Shown here piece by piece: positions 23,208 through 33,854 of a stretch of DNA of 64,000 nt. This DNA comes from a virus (taxonomy: Duplodnaviria > Caudoviricetes), in the IMG/VR virus record IMGVR_UViG_3300037790_000129, positions 3,502 through 67,501 of that record. One strand, 5' to 3'. The position numbers were made by a program, and so were the translations under genes. Positions within the stretch are counted from its first letter, which is position 1; every line of letters begins with the position of its first letter. Under the pieces are notes generated by a model. It ran no database searches. It was given only the letters and a program-made list of their open reading frames with translations, and had not been told where the DNA came from.

Positions 23208-25272
23208 GATAAAAAACACAGACGTTTACCCATTTGACACAAAAGTTTCATTGGATGATCACGTTATTGGAACCGATAAAGAAAATAACGGGAAAACTAA
23301 AAACTATAAAATAGGCGCTTTAGTAAATCTGTTTCAAGAGTTAGTAGGCGTTGCTACATTGGCCTATACATTTTCTGATGGATCGGCAGATAATGACGGG
23401 GCGGTTTTTACTCACGAAGATCCCGGATTTTTTGGCACAGACAACAACCAAACAGATTATTCTGCAATTACTTATTTTAGATTTAATCATATTAACGCTT
23501 TTGGCGTTGATCTAAAAAAGTATTTTGAAACTTTAATCAACAACCCTAATTCGTTAGCACTTAAAATAGGTAAACCTGGAAACCCAGATAATTTTTCTTA
23601 TTTTAAAGTAGTAAGCGGTTTACAGAATGACACCTATTCTACTATAGAAGTTGAGTTGATAGATCAAATTGCCACAGGATCTTTATCAAATCGAGAAACC
23701 TATAGTGTTACTTTAGATGCTTCTTTTTTATCAGAGCAAAACAATAAAATAAAAGTTATTGATTTAGGTCAGCACAATATGCGACTTGATGATAATAAAG
23801 TTTTCAATACAGGCATACAGCAACTAAATTCAGATGGATTTTCACTTTCTCAAGAAGAAAATTTACTGGTAAAAATATTAAAAGGATCTTTTAAAGAAAC
23901 CACGCCAGAACCAACATCTTGTAAGCTTTATGAAATGACTTTGCTAGATGAAGATTCTGTATTTAGATTTGAATATGAAGATTGCGAAGGCATAACAAGG
24001 TTAGCTACTTTAGACACTACAAATACCCCATTAAGGTTCTATGGTAAACAAATTTTTTCACCTATTTTACCTTATGTAAACCTAGAAGAATTACAAAATA
24101 CCCAACCCGTTCAAAAAGAAACCTTTGCAGAGCAAAAATACCTATTTGTTTTTAAAGGTAAAGGTGATTATGGTTTTGCAGCCGGCAATCCTGTTGCTCC
24201 TTCAGATTTTGAATTAATATACAACGAAGAAAGCCTATCTAGCATAGAAGGTGAAGTGATAGATCTTGGCGATGTAACCTCATTTGGAGGGTTTACCCAG
24301 TTTATCAACAACGCATCCAATCCGCAATCTTTTACCTTAAACCAAGATTCTATTTATTTTTTTAAAGGAGTTTTAGATGGTGAAGATTATAAATACCTAT
24401 ACGTGGGCCAAAAGCCAATTACGCTAGGTTACAATGATACTCTAATACAAGCTAACGACTTAGAATTAATTGAAGTAGGAGGTAAGAAGGTTTTGACTTC
24501 TCACAATGCTTTAGATGGAATACAAGGAGGTGAGGAAGGCCAGAGATACCACATAAGTCTTTTAGAATTAGCTAAGATTTATAGCGCTATTCAACCAGGT
24601 GATTTGCCAGACTTCAGTAATTTTCAAACTAAATCACCACAAAATGATAAGTTGTATTTTTTAAAAAACGGCGGATTAGAAGAGTACAAGAATGTTTTAT
24701 TGCAAGAAATCACCTCCGGCGGTAACTACCACAATGTAACCCTAACAGGCAACGTGCTAGTATTAACTAACACCAATGCTCAGGCAATTATAACAGGATT
24801 TGATCCTGAGAAATACAAGCGCATAGTAATTATTAATAACTCCGATTATGAAGTTATACTCAACAACCAAGACACCAACAGCCTAGAAGCAAACCGCATA
24901 AAACTACCCACAGGATTAGCAAATATAGGTATTCAAGGTAGTTGCGAACTCATATACATAGATGCCATACAAAAATGGCAGATAGTAGATGCTTTTGCCT
25001 CTAAGTATCGACCAGAACACAGAGGTTTAACCGAAAACCACGTAGAGATTGTTACCCCAGGCGCAAAGTCTGAAACCGTGGGAATAATAGAATTAATTGT
25101 ATTTCGTGATGCTCAAAATACAGCAATGACAAAAACAGATCTTAATACTGCTTACCCTGAAGCTTCACGCGGATTTCAAGTAGTTTGCAAGGAGATTGAC
25201 ACGATTTACATTAAAACAGACAACAATACAAACGATTGGCAACCCATAACCACAGGAGGAAATGTTTTATAG
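23200..25272 (+). CDS. Virion fibre/appendage protein (mosaic)
   Basis: MARIKN..YP.D.....D.VIGTD....KTKNY anchor, SC..Y...F.Y.DC module and HNALDGIQGG...RYH fibre repeat. Confidence 0.6.
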   Translation: MARIKNTDVYPFDTKVSLDDHVIGTDKENNGKTKNYKIGALVNLFQELVGVATLAYTFSDGSADNDGAVFTHEDPGFFGTDNNQTDYSAITYFRFNHINAFGVDLKKYFETLINNPNSLALKIGKPGNPDNFSYFKVVSGLQNDTYSTIEVELIDQIATGSLSNRETYSVTLDASFLSEQNNKIKVIDLGQHNMRLDDNKVFNTGIQQLNSDGFSLSQEENLLVKILKGSFKETTPEPTSCKLYEMTLLDEDSVFRFEYEDCEGITRLATLDTTNTPLRFYGKQIFSPILPYVNLEELQNTQPVQKETFAEQKYLFVFKGKGDYGFAAGNPVAPSDFELIYNEESLSSIEGEVIDLGDVTSFGGFTQFINNASNPQSFTLNQDSIYFFKGVLDGEDYKYLYVGQKPITLGYNDTLIQANDLELIEVGGKKVLTSHNALDGIQGGEEGQRYHISLLELAKIYSAIQPGDLPDFSNFQTKSPQNDKLYFLKNGGLEEYKNVLLQEITSGGNYHNVTLTGNVLVLTNTNAQAIITGFDPEKYKRIVIINNSDYEVILNNQDTNSLEANRIKLPTGLANIGIQGSCELIYIDAIQKWQIVDAFASKYRPEHRGLTENHVEIVTPGAKSETVGIIELIVFRDAQNTAMTKTDLNTAYPEASRGFQVVCKEIDTIYIKTDNNTNDWQPITTGGNVL

Positions 25273-26524
25273 TGTTGACGGAAAAATAGTGAAGTTAGAA
25301 AACGGCTTCCCACAACGGAAAGTAAAATCACTTACCTATGAAGTACAAGGTAGTTGGTTCCCACAATCTTATTATAATTATAATAATGATACCAATACTA
25401 TAAGTGGTAATGAATATATAACCTTTACTTCATTGACTCCTAATTCAGTTGTAATTAATTATGGTGACGGAACAGTTGTTACTAAACAGTTTGAATTAGT
25501 TGGTAACGAATATAAGGTAGGTTATCAATTAGGCGATGAAACGCCTAATTGGGTGATACCCCAACATACCTTTCAAGACGGTAATTCTGGTAGAAGAAAA
25601 ATCACGTTTGAATTTGAAAAACCGCTTTCTCTTTCACAGGTTGTATTTCAATTTATAGAGTTAAGAGGTAGTTTGCCTATTGAAATGGTTGAATTTACTG
25701 CAATAGAAAGAATTAGATATAGTTTCGCGCAATATGTTGATAACATACCAATTGATTTTCCTTTAAATTTAGATTATTTACAATACTCAAGAATCACACA
25801 AAACAAATTAACTAAATTACCAGACGGTGTTTTTTCCTCTAATTTAAGAGTAATATCAGCATCAAATACTTTTAACTTAAGTAACCATATAGAATCTAAT
25901 CTATATAAAATAAATCAATTAAAAACAAGCCTAGAAGAATTAGGTATTTCATATTGTGATTTACAAAGCCTGCCTAATGAAATAAGTGAGTTAATAAACT
26001 TAAAGTTCTTAGATGTAAGTGGAAATAAGTTTAATTCTTTTCCTACTGAAGCTCTTCATTTACAAAACCTTTATAGGTTTTATATTGGAAATACAACAGG
26101 ATTTTTAGATGATATAGAAATGCCCTTCTTTTATACCCCTAAATTATCAACAATTTGGATTGGTTTTAGAAATATTGATTTATTTGATTTAAACTTAAAG
26201 TGGCAAAACTTAAAAAGTTTACGAAAAATACACTTGTTCGAAAGTTTTGTACATACCAACGCACGTTTTGACGAGTTCATCAATTCATTCTATACCCTTT
26301 GCACCAACGAAGCCAACATTACAGAAGATCCTAACGCCTTTGGTGGCGAGTACCCGCACCGTTTTCGTGATATAAGTTGGGGACATAGTTCACTTGCATT
26401 CACAGGTACAAAACAAGCACCGCAAGGTTACATTCAAGGCGTATCTAACGGCACACCTGCTAATGAGGGCGAAAAAGTATATGTACTGCAAAATCAATAC
26501 GGGCATACCATAACCCACGCATAA
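25262..26524 (+). CDS. Leucine-rich-repeat protein with an Ig/PKD-like N-terminus (putative receptor-binding protein)
   Basis: LEELGISYCDLQSLPNEISELINLKFLDVSGNKFNSFP...LQNLYRFYIG LRR units; INYGDGT. Confidence 0.75.
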   Translation: MFYSVDGKIVKLENGFPQRKVKSLTYEVQGSWFPQSYYNYNNDTNTISGNEYITFTSLTPNSVVINYGDGTVVTKQFELVGNEYKVGYQLGDETPNWVIPQHTFQDGNSGRRKITFEFEKPLSLSQVVFQFIELRGSLPIEMVEFTAIERIRYSFAQYVDNIPIDFPLNLDYLQYSRITQNKLTKLPDGVFSSNLRVISASNTFNLSNHIESNLYKINQLKTSLEELGISYCDLQSLPNEISELINLKFLDVSGNKFNSFPTEALHLQNLYRFYIGNTTGFLDDIEMPFFYTPKLSTIWIGFRNIDLFDLNLKWQNLKSLRKIHLFESFVHTNARFDEFINSFYTLCTNEANITEDPNAFGGEYPHRFRDISWGHSSLAFTGTKQAPQGYIQGVSNGTPANEGEKVYVLQNQYGHTITHA

Positions 26525-26535
26525 AACCAAGCAAT

Positions 26536-26766
26536 ATGACACAGCAAGAAATAGACAACACCATAGTAGATGTAATTTACAATGACAAAGAAATTAAACA
26601 CGTACTAGCACCCAATACCGAGGGCGTTCGTGGCGTACCAGTAGGGCAAAATATGCTTAGAGAAAGCCTAAAAAGAGTAAAAGGCATTTTAGGCTACTAC
26701 GGCTATGACCTAGCCAAAATCAATGAGTATCAACAAGAATTAATCAATCAAAATCAAAATCAATGA
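26536..26766 (+). CDS. Hypothetical protein
   Basis: 76-aa ORF. Confidence 0.55.
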   Translation: MTQQEIDNTIVDVIYNDKEIKHVLAPNTEGVRGVPVGQNMLRESLKRVKGILGYYGYDLAKINEYQQELINQNQNQ

Positions 26767-27008
26767 AAAACTTAAAATTATTCGCATCGGGATTCGGCTT
26801 ACAAGCCTTATGGGTAATCATTTTGCTTGCAATAGGCAAACTAACAGAAACCACGCACGCTATAAGCGTAATAACAAGCGTAGTCTTAATAGCAGCCTAC
26901 ACAACATACAAATTCAACACAGACGGCACAATGAACGGCCGTAAAGGTTTAATTGCTTGCGGTGGCGTAGTGTTAGTATTAATCTTAACAATATGGAAGA
27001 TCTTATGA
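26763..27008 (+). CDS. Small membrane protein (3 TM, holin/antiholin candidate)
   Basis: Three hydrophobic segments, in the lysis block. Confidence 0.55.
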   Translation: MKNLKLFASGFGLQALWVIILLAIGKLTETTHAISVITSVVLIAAYTTYKFNTDGTMNGRKGLIACGGVVLVLILTIWKIL

Positions 27009-27289
27009 AAAACTTAATCGCAAAAATTAAAAAAGAACGCTGGCACCTGCACGCTTTAATTGCGTTTATAATCGCCTTAGCAGCAAACGTGTTATTCTTA
27101 TCACCTCATCCGCCTTTTTATATGGCGCTAGGAGTGGCTTTTGCAGCATTCTTTTTCTCTTTATTTTGGGAAGAATACCACAAAAAAACAAGCAACGCAA
27201 AATTCTCGTGGAGCGACATAGCAGTCGGCACTTTGGTAGCCTTCCTGTTCACGCTAATATATCAATTAATTAAGCAGTTCCTTTTTTAA
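27005..27289 (+). CDS. Small membrane protein (3 TM)
   Basis: Start MKNLIAK via ATGA overlap; H.LIAF...WEEY...SDI pattern. Confidence 0.55.
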   Translation: MKNLIAKIKKERWHLHALIAFIIALAANVLFLSPHPPFYMALGVAFAAFFFSLFWEEYHKKTSNAKFSWSDIAVGTLVAFLFTLIYQLIKQFLF

Positions 27290-27312
27290 GCTGCTTAAAA
27301 AAACACCTAACA

Positions 27313-27687
27313 ATGAATTTCATCACGTTTTATCAGATACCAGTAGATTCCGCAGCAAATATATTCCTTGATTACGGATTAATAGGCGCAGTCGCCATTT
27401 TCTTAATAATTGTTGTGCATAAATTTTATTCCAAAATTGACGATAATGCTCAAGAGTGGAAAAACGAAGCAAAAGATATGCGCGCCAAATATTATGATCT
27501 ATTTATGATGATGCGCGATTCTAGTGAAAAGTTGATCGATATACGTGAGCGAGATGTAAAAGAGCGTAGAGAACACGAGCAAAATTTAGACAAAAAAATG
27601 GATGAACTTCCAGAACGCATTGTTAAGGAAATTCATTTTGCAAGGTTGCAAGATTCGCAAAAAGTAAAAAAAACACCAACAGGATAA
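27313..27687 (+). CDS. Putative holin (single TM plus coiled coil)
   Basis: DYGLIGAVAIFLIIVV directly upstream of the endolysin. Confidence 0.55.
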   Translation: MNFITFYQIPVDSAANIFLDYGLIGAVAIFLIIVVHKFYSKIDDNAQEWKNEAKDMRAKYYDLFMMMRDSSEKLIDIRERDVKERREHEQNLDKKMDELPERIVKEIHFARLQDSQKVKKTPTG

Positions 27688-27697
27688 AGGTTTAAAA

Positions 27698-28225
27698 ATG
27701 AAAGCAAGCGACAAGATAAAGACATTCATAAAGAAGTATGAAACGCTACACGATGGCGACCTTACACAAATTGGCTTACAACCAAAATTAGATGGTGCCG
27801 GTATATGGACAGAAGGTTGGGGCCACCCTATGAGAAAGGGAGGTAAGTATATGCGCTTAGAAGATTACCCAAGCTTATCAAGCGTGATGCCTTATAGAAA
27901 AATTAAGACCTTAGAAGATGCTGATAGATATTTTGATAAGGACTTATCCAAGACTGAAAAACTGGTAAACATATACCTAAAAATAAAGGTTAAACAACAC
28001 CAATTTGATGCGCTAGTATCACACGCATACAACTGTGGTATCTCAAAAACTTTGTATCGATTAGTCAACAAAGAAGCTCCCGAGGAGGAGATTAAAAAAT
28101 GGATTACCACAAGATATGTTACTTCTAGCGGAATCTACTTTAAAGGTTTGCAGTACAGAAGAAATGATGAGTGGGAAATCTTTGCCGGTATTAACTATGA
28201 TCGCGAGTATAAATTAAGTGTATAA
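27698..28225 (+). CDS. Endolysin, GH24 lysozyme
   Basis: YETLHDGDL..IGLQPKLDGAGIWTEGWGH (E..D..T triad), QFDALVSHAYNCG, GL..RR..E. Confidence 0.9.
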   Translation: MKASDKIKTFIKKYETLHDGDLTQIGLQPKLDGAGIWTEGWGHPMRKGGKYMRLEDYPSLSSVMPYRKIKTLEDADRYFDKDLSKTEKLVNIYLKIKVKQHQFDALVSHAYNCGISKTLYRLVNKEAPEEEIKKWITTRYVTSSGIYFKGLQYRRNDEWEIFAGINYDREYKLSV

Positions 28226-28863
28226 TGCAGGGTATTACAGACTACATAATAGAATTTAGAGAAACACACAAAACAGAGTTTGAAGTTTCGGGCCATAGCC
28301 TAAAAATCAATCCAAATTTCAACCAACCTAAGTGGATTAATAGAATTGGCAGAGTGGTTTCTGTTCCGTTACATCAAGAAGTTGAAAGTCCTATTAAAAA
28401 AGGATATGAAGTTATAGTGGTTCATACCTCTTTACTTAATGATTTTTATGATAAGGTAGGAAAATCAAGAAGCTCATTTTTAGTAGATGATAAAAAAGAT
28501 TATTTCCGGTTCACCCCTAATCTTATTGTAATGTATCGAGAAAGCAATAAGCACGAATGGAAATCTCATTTAGACAGCGTATTTATTTCGCCTATAAAAA
28601 TAGACAAAGAAAAAAAGAAAACACCTAAAGGATTGCTGCTTCCAGATTCGATTTTTGAAAAAGAAAAAGGCTATAAAGGCAACCAAACCCAACAAGGCAT
28701 TGTAGCCTACTCAAACAACAACCTTACAAAACTAGGTATTTATGTTGGTGATGAAGTGATGTTTAAAATTGATCGGGAATATGAGTTTAAGATAAACGGT
28801 AAGACCTTATGGCATATGGAAAATAACGATATTATTCTTCATAAAAAAACAAACTATAAATAA
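28225..28863 (+). CDS. Tandem GroES-fold protein
   Basis: C-terminal half VFISPI...KTPKGLLLP...GIV...G..VGDEVMF....EFKINGKTL..M...DII; N-terminal half GRVVSVP...IKKG.EVIV. Confidence 0.6.
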   Translation: MQGITDYIIEFRETHKTEFEVSGHSLKINPNFNQPKWINRIGRVVSVPLHQEVESPIKKGYEVIVVHTSLLNDFYDKVGKSRSSFLVDDKKDYFRFTPNLIVMYRESNKHEWKSHLDSVFISPIKIDKEKKKTPKGLLLPDSIFEKEKGYKGNQTQQGIVAYSNNNLTKLGIYVGDEVMFKIDREYEFKINGKTLWHMENNDIILHKKTNYK

Positions 28864-28883
28864 AATCTATTAAATTAGTAGTT

Positions 28884-29159
28884 ATGAGTGATAAAAATTA
28901 TAGTAGAGAAAAGAAAGGGGAATTAATTGAAAAGTTAAGATCGGCCATTGACCAATGCCTATCCATTATCGGAGAAGATATTGCTGAAGATATTAAAGAC
29001 GACAAGCTTCACAATGTATTAAAAGGTAAAAAGATGGCTACAGAAGATGTAAGCTACTACCTTGATAAGCTTCAATTATTAGAAGAAGATATTAACGGAG
29101 TAAGCGAAGAAAGTAAAAAAAGAAATGTTGTGAATTTTGCTGAAGCAAATGCAGAATAA
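28884..29159 (+). CDS. Putative terminase small subunit
   Basis: 91-aa helical protein immediately before TerL. Confidence 0.5.
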   Translation: MSDKNYSREKKGELIEKLRSAIDQCLSIIGEDIAEDIKDDKLHNVLKGKKMATEDVSYYLDKLQLLEEDINGVSEESKKRNVVNFAEANAE

Positions 29160-31376
29160 ATGAGAGAACTTTTAGGAGAAATACGAACTGACATTGTACC
29201 TAATGGTATTCGCAAGAAACGAAACGAAAACAATTCTTGGGAATATGGTTACAACAAAGAATACGATATAGTTATCGTTTCTAAAGATGGTACACTTGGC
29301 CAAATTTATGAGCTAAGCGGTATTCGTATTGGTATTCCTGAAGTGCCTAAAGACAAAACAAAAATAATCAACCACGATTTACCCCAGTACAAGCAAAAAT
29401 GGAAGCGCCAAGAAATGCCAAAGGGTTTACGTGAGGATAACAAAGAAAAATACTATGATTATATAGTTGAAGAATTTAGAAGAAGAAAAGAAGGCGTTTT
29501 CATTTATATCAATGGTGAAATCGAGTATTTTTCGGGTAGTTATTATTTTTTCTTAGAATGGTTTGCAATAGGCCGTATATACCCTCATTTTAGATACACT
29601 CAAAAAGAGTTGATGTTATTTTGGGAAGCCTGTTATGCAGATCAGAGATGTTACGGTATTCTTTACGTGAAAAACAGACGTTTAGGATGGTCAACAATGC
29701 AGCAATCAGAATGTAATAATAGAGGTACTATTTATCGCGAAGGATTGATAGGGATCATTTCAAAAACCGGTAAAGATGCTAAGTCAGCATTTAGAAAAGT
29801 AGTTCAAGGTTTCAAGCGATTGCCTTTCTTTTTTAAACCGCAAACCGATGGTACCGATTCTCCAAAATCTGAATTAGCATTTACTAAGCCGGCCAAAAGA
29901 ATTACCCACAAAACATCGGCAGATTATTCAGATGATGAAGCTTTAAATACATTTATAACCTGGTACAACACCGATTTAAACTCGATGGATTCAGAGCGTA
30001 TTGCTCCAATTCAAATTATAGATGAGCCGGGTAAGTTTCCTACCAATGTTCCGTTTAGTGAATACTGGGAGGTAGCCAAAGAATGTTTGGTTGAAGGAGA
30101 TGAAATTGTAGGTAAAGCAATGGTAGGATCTACCATTGAAGCTCCCGAAAGAGGAGGGAGAGAGTTTGAGATTGTTTGGGATCATTCAGACGTGAACAAT
30201 CGTGATGGCAATGATCAAACAGTAAGCGGTTTATACCGAATTTTTATTCCGGCCGAATACAATATAAGAGGATTTTTTGATGAATTTGGTTATCCTATTT
30301 TAGAAGATCCTGAAACCCCAATAAAAAATAACGAAGGCAAGCTAAAGGAGATTGGCGCCATACGTTACCTCAACAATAAAGAAGATGCGCTAAAACACGA
30401 TCCGGATAAGCTTGCTAGTAGAAAAAGAAAATATCCTAGAACAATAATTGATGCTTTTAGAAGTGCCAATACAGATTGTCGTTTTAATGCGCAAAAACTG
30501 TATGATCAATTAGATTGGATTAATCAAGAAATGAATCCGGCTTTAATTCAGGTAGGTGATTTAACTTGGGTGGATGGTATTCAAGACGGTGAAGTAAAAT
30601 TTACACCCAACCCAAGCGGAAGATGGAAAATAGCTTGGCAACCTTCAAAAGAATTACGAAACAAGTACGAAAACACACCACGCGGAAAGAAGCCACTTAA
30701 CGCACATTTGGGAGCTTTTGGTTGTGATCCATACAATAGAGGTAAGACAGCAGATGGTCGCGGATCTAATGGTTCAATTCACGGCCTCACCAAGAACAAT
30801 ATGCAAGGAGTTCCTAGTAGATTTTTCTTTTTAGAATACTTAGCAAGACCGCCAAAGGTTGAAATCTTTTATGAAGATATGATTAAAGCTATGGTGTATT
30901 ACTCGATGCCGGCAGCTATTGAGCAATCAAACGATGATTTTCTTAAATATTTAAAAGCGCGTGGTTATCGTCCTTTTGTACTAACAAGACCTGGCGTAGC
31001 ATTTAAAGATTTAAACCCCACAGAGCAAGAATTAGGAGGTATTCCGGCCCAAGGAAATAAAATAGGTGATGCTCAATTTTATGCTATTGAAGCTTTTATT
31101 GATGATTATGTAGGTAGGGCCTCATCAAATAAAATAAGGCCAATTGGTGAAATAGGTGAAGTTTACTTCCACGATTTAGTTGAGCAATGGCTAAAAGTTG
31201 ATCCTGATAAGCGAACAAAATTTGATGCTTATATATCATCAAGTTTAGCTGCAATTGTAACTCAACCAAGAATACAGACTAAAAAAACCACACAGTCAAG
31301 ACCGGTTAGCAACCCACTTACTACATACGATAATTCAAGTTCAATAAGTAAACGAAGCACAAATGAGCAAAAATAA
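29160..31376 (+). CDS. terL: Terminase large subunit
   Basis: Walker A KNRRLGWS, Walker B IIDEPGK, motif III GST, RNase H-like GCDP and AAIEQS motifs. Confidence 0.9.
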   Translation: MRELLGEIRTDIVPNGIRKKRNENNSWEYGYNKEYDIVIVSKDGTLGQIYELSGIRIGIPEVPKDKTKIINHDLPQYKQKWKRQEMPKGLREDNKEKYYDYIVEEFRRRKEGVFIYINGEIEYFSGSYYFFLEWFAIGRIYPHFRYTQKELMLFWEACYADQRCYGILYVKNRRLGWSTMQQSECNNRGTIYREGLIGIISKTGKDAKSAFRKVVQGFKRLPFFFKPQTDGTDSPKSELAFTKPAKRITHKTSADYSDDEALNTFITWYNTDLNSMDSERIAPIQIIDEPGKFPTNVPFSEYWEVAKECLVEGDEIVGKAMVGSTIEAPERGGREFEIVWDHSDVNNRDGNDQTVSGLYRIFIPAEYNIRGFFDEFGYPILEDPETPIKNNEGKLKEIGAIRYLNNKEDALKHDPDKLASRKRKYPRTIIDAFRSANTDCRFNAQKLYDQLDWINQEMNPALIQVGDLTWVDGIQDGEVKFTPNPSGRWKIAWQPSKELRNKYENTPRGKKPLNAHLGAFGCDPYNRGKTADGRGSNGSIHGLTKNNMQGVPSRFFFLEYLARPPKVEIFYEDMIKAMVYYSMPAAIEQSNDDFLKYLKARGYRPFVLTRPGVAFKDLNPTEQELGGIPAQGNKIGDAQFYAIEAFIDDYVGRASSNKIRPIGEIGEVYFHDLVEQWLKVDPDKRTKFDAYISSSLAAIVTQPRIQTKKTTQSRPVSNPLTTYDNSSSISKRSTNEQK

Positions 31377-33771
31377 TATATTCCCAGATGCTTTAGCACC
31401 CTTTGAAGATAAGGTGCAAGATGAATACGGTTTAAAAGTAGCACAAGCCATTGCTCAAGAATGGTTTGAAGGCGGTATGATTCAAGAGGATTGTGATTAT
31501 AACCGAAGAAGAGAGTGGATTCAAAAAATGCGATTATACTCAAGAGGTAGTCAATCTATTCAATATTACCAAAATTTAATGTCGCGAAACGACAAAGATC
31601 TGAATTACCTAAATTTAGATTGGCGCCCAGATAACACCGTAGGCAAATATGTTAATTTGGTAGCCAATGGTATGAACGAAAAGTATTACCGATTTGGAGT
31701 TACCGCCATAGATAGAATTTCATCTGACCAAAAAGGAGAGTACAGAAAGCATTTAGAAAAGGAGATGTATGCTAGAAACATAACCAAAAAAACAAAAGAA
31801 TTATTTGGTTTAGACCTTACTGGTGGAGAAGTAATTCCTGAAAGCGATGAAGAACTCGATATACATCTTAGCACAAAATTCAAACCTAAACAGGAAATAG
31901 CCGAAGAATTATTGGTTCAGGCAGTTTTTGATATGAACGAGTGGGATCATATTAAAGAAGCTGTAAACAAAGACTTGGTTCAATCGGGTATTGGTATAGT
32001 GCAATGTTACGTTCACCCCACTAAAGGGATTGTTTTAAAATATGTAAATGCTGAAAATTATATTCATAGTTACATAGAAAATGACAATAATTTTAAAGAC
32101 AAATATTACGAGGGAGAAGTAAGAACAATCACTATTTCAGAGTTGCGTGTAGAATCCAATCTATCTGATGATGAATTAAGAAAAGTAATTCAAAAGTACG
32201 CGAGTAGAAACGGAAATAAAAGCTACACACACAATAATTTTACTCGTAATTTTGATGTTGATAAATACCTAGACTATAAAGTAGATGTTTTAGATTTTAG
32301 CTATAAAACAAGCAAACGAGTTGCTTATAAGAAAAAGTACAGCAACAAAGGAACAGCGAAGTTAATACGAAAAGAATCTACCTTTAACGCTCCTAGAACA
32401 CCAAAATTCGAAACCATAGCAAAGACTTTTGATGTTTGGTTTGAAGGAAGTTTTATAATAGGGAGTGATATTGTATATGGTTGGAAACAAAGCGAAAACA
32501 TTGCTAAAGATACCTTAAACAGAGCGCAGTCTAGATACATAACTTTTGCTACCGATATTTATAAGAATCAGCTTCATTCATTTGAGAGCGATATAATACC
32601 TATTGCCGATAGAATTCATATTACAAAGTTAAAACTTCAACACATTATTGCCGAAATAAAACCAGGAGGTGCTGAAATTGACTTTGATATGTTAGCCAAT
32701 TTGACCGGAGGAGATAAAGTAGATTATAAAGAAATCTTATCTATATTCAACGCAAAAGGTATTGTGTTTAAAAAGAGAATTGTTGATGAATTAGGAAACG
32801 TAAAAGAAGGCAGGGCCGTAGAAGAATTACACAATGGTATTCCGGCCAATCTTGTTCATTTACTTCAGGTATTACAGCATCAAAATCAAGAGCTAAGAGA
32901 AGTAACCGGTATAAATCCATCGGCAGACGGAACGCAACCTTCAGATATGTTAGTTGGCGTACAGCAAGCACAATTAATGGCAAAAAACACCATTACCCAA
33001 CATATTGTAGAAGCTTCTAAAAAAATAAAGTTAAAAACAGCAGAAATAATATCGACTAGAATTTCAGATATTTTTGAATTCCCCGAATTCAAAGACATTA
33101 AGAAGGTTTACCAGACAACAGTAGGTAAACTCAACGTAGATATTTTAGAGGATATAGGCTCTATTCATTTACACGAATTTGGTTTTAGTTTAGAATTACT
33201 ACCTACACCTGAAGAAATGGCCAAATTTGATGAGTATATGAAGATCGCTTTACAGAAAGGGTTAATAGATGAAGATGATGTATATGAATCAAGAGAGATT
33301 GCGAAAATTAATCCGAAATACGCTATTCAATATTTAAAAGTGCGTAAAAAGAAACGCACAGAAGAATTAATGCAGCAAGAAGCACAGCGATCAAAAATAA
33401 AATCGCAAAATGATATTGCTAGTGCAAATGCAGCAAGTGGTAATCGTATTAAAGAGAAGCAAGCAGAAGCTCAAATTGATGTTCAAAAAGAGCGTGCCTT
33501 AGCAGAAATAAGAGCCATTGAGCAAGATTTCCTAAATAGAGTAAACGCCCCGTTAAGAGATAAGGAATTGAAAATTGACTTGTTAAAAGAACAAATGAAA
33601 AGCGCTGCCACACTAAATCTAGCCAAATATAAAGAAGAGGCAAAAGATAAGCGGCAAGACAAGAACAACACCGATCATTCAAAAATGATAAAACAAAGAC
33701 AATTAAATAGCGAACCTATTGATTTTAGTGAGAATGAAGATCTTGAAAAATTACTTCAAGAATATTTATAG
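31363..33771 (+). CDS. Portal protein
   Basis: 802 aa after TerL; LNLDW.P.....KYVNLV.NG, ELREVTGIN..ADG and helical crown. Confidence 0.82.
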   Translation: MSKNNIFPDALAPFEDKVQDEYGLKVAQAIAQEWFEGGMIQEDCDYNRRREWIQKMRLYSRGSQSIQYYQNLMSRNDKDLNYLNLDWRPDNTVGKYVNLVANGMNEKYYRFGVTAIDRISSDQKGEYRKHLEKEMYARNITKKTKELFGLDLTGGEVIPESDEELDIHLSTKFKPKQEIAEELLVQAVFDMNEWDHIKEAVNKDLVQSGIGIVQCYVHPTKGIVLKYVNAENYIHSYIENDNNFKDKYYEGEVRTITISELRVESNLSDDELRKVIQKYASRNGNKSYTHNNFTRNFDVDKYLDYKVDVLDFSYKTSKRVAYKKKYSNKGTAKLIRKESTFNAPRTPKFETIAKTFDVWFEGSFIIGSDIVYGWKQSENIAKDTLNRAQSRYITFATDIYKNQLHSFESDIIPIADRIHITKLKLQHIIAEIKPGGAEIDFDMLANLTGGDKVDYKEILSIFNAKGIVFKKRIVDELGNVKEGRAVEELHNGIPANLVHLLQVLQHQNQELREVTGINPSADGTQPSDMLVGVQQAQLMAKNTITQHIVEASKKIKLKTAEIISTRISDIFEFPEFKDIKKVYQTTVGKLNVDILEDIGSIHLHEFGFSLELLPTPEEMAKFDEYMKIALQKGLIDEDDVYESREIAKINPKYAIQYLKVRKKKRTEELMQQEAQRSKIKSQNDIASANAASGNRIKEKQAEAQIDVQKERALAEIRAIEQDFLNRVNAPLRDKELKIDLLKEQMKSAATLNLAKYKEEAKDKRQDKNNTDHSKMIKQRQLNSEPIDFSENEDLEKLLQEYL

Positions 33772-33802
33772 TGTAAAATAATTGCAATTTAATTGCTAAA
33801 TG

Positions 33803-33833
33803 TTTGCATTATAAGAATTATCTATTATTTTTG
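33803..33833 (+). promoter_or_regulatory. Promoter for scaffold/capsid genes
   Basis: Full consensus TTTG-N19-TATTTTTG. Confidence 0.75.
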
Positions 33834-33854
33834 TTATTGAATTAAATTTTAGTT

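Noticed and set aside
23200-26524. Diversity-generating retroelement acting on the fibre/LRR genes
   Set aside because: No reverse transcriptase and no template/variable repeat pair seen in the window.
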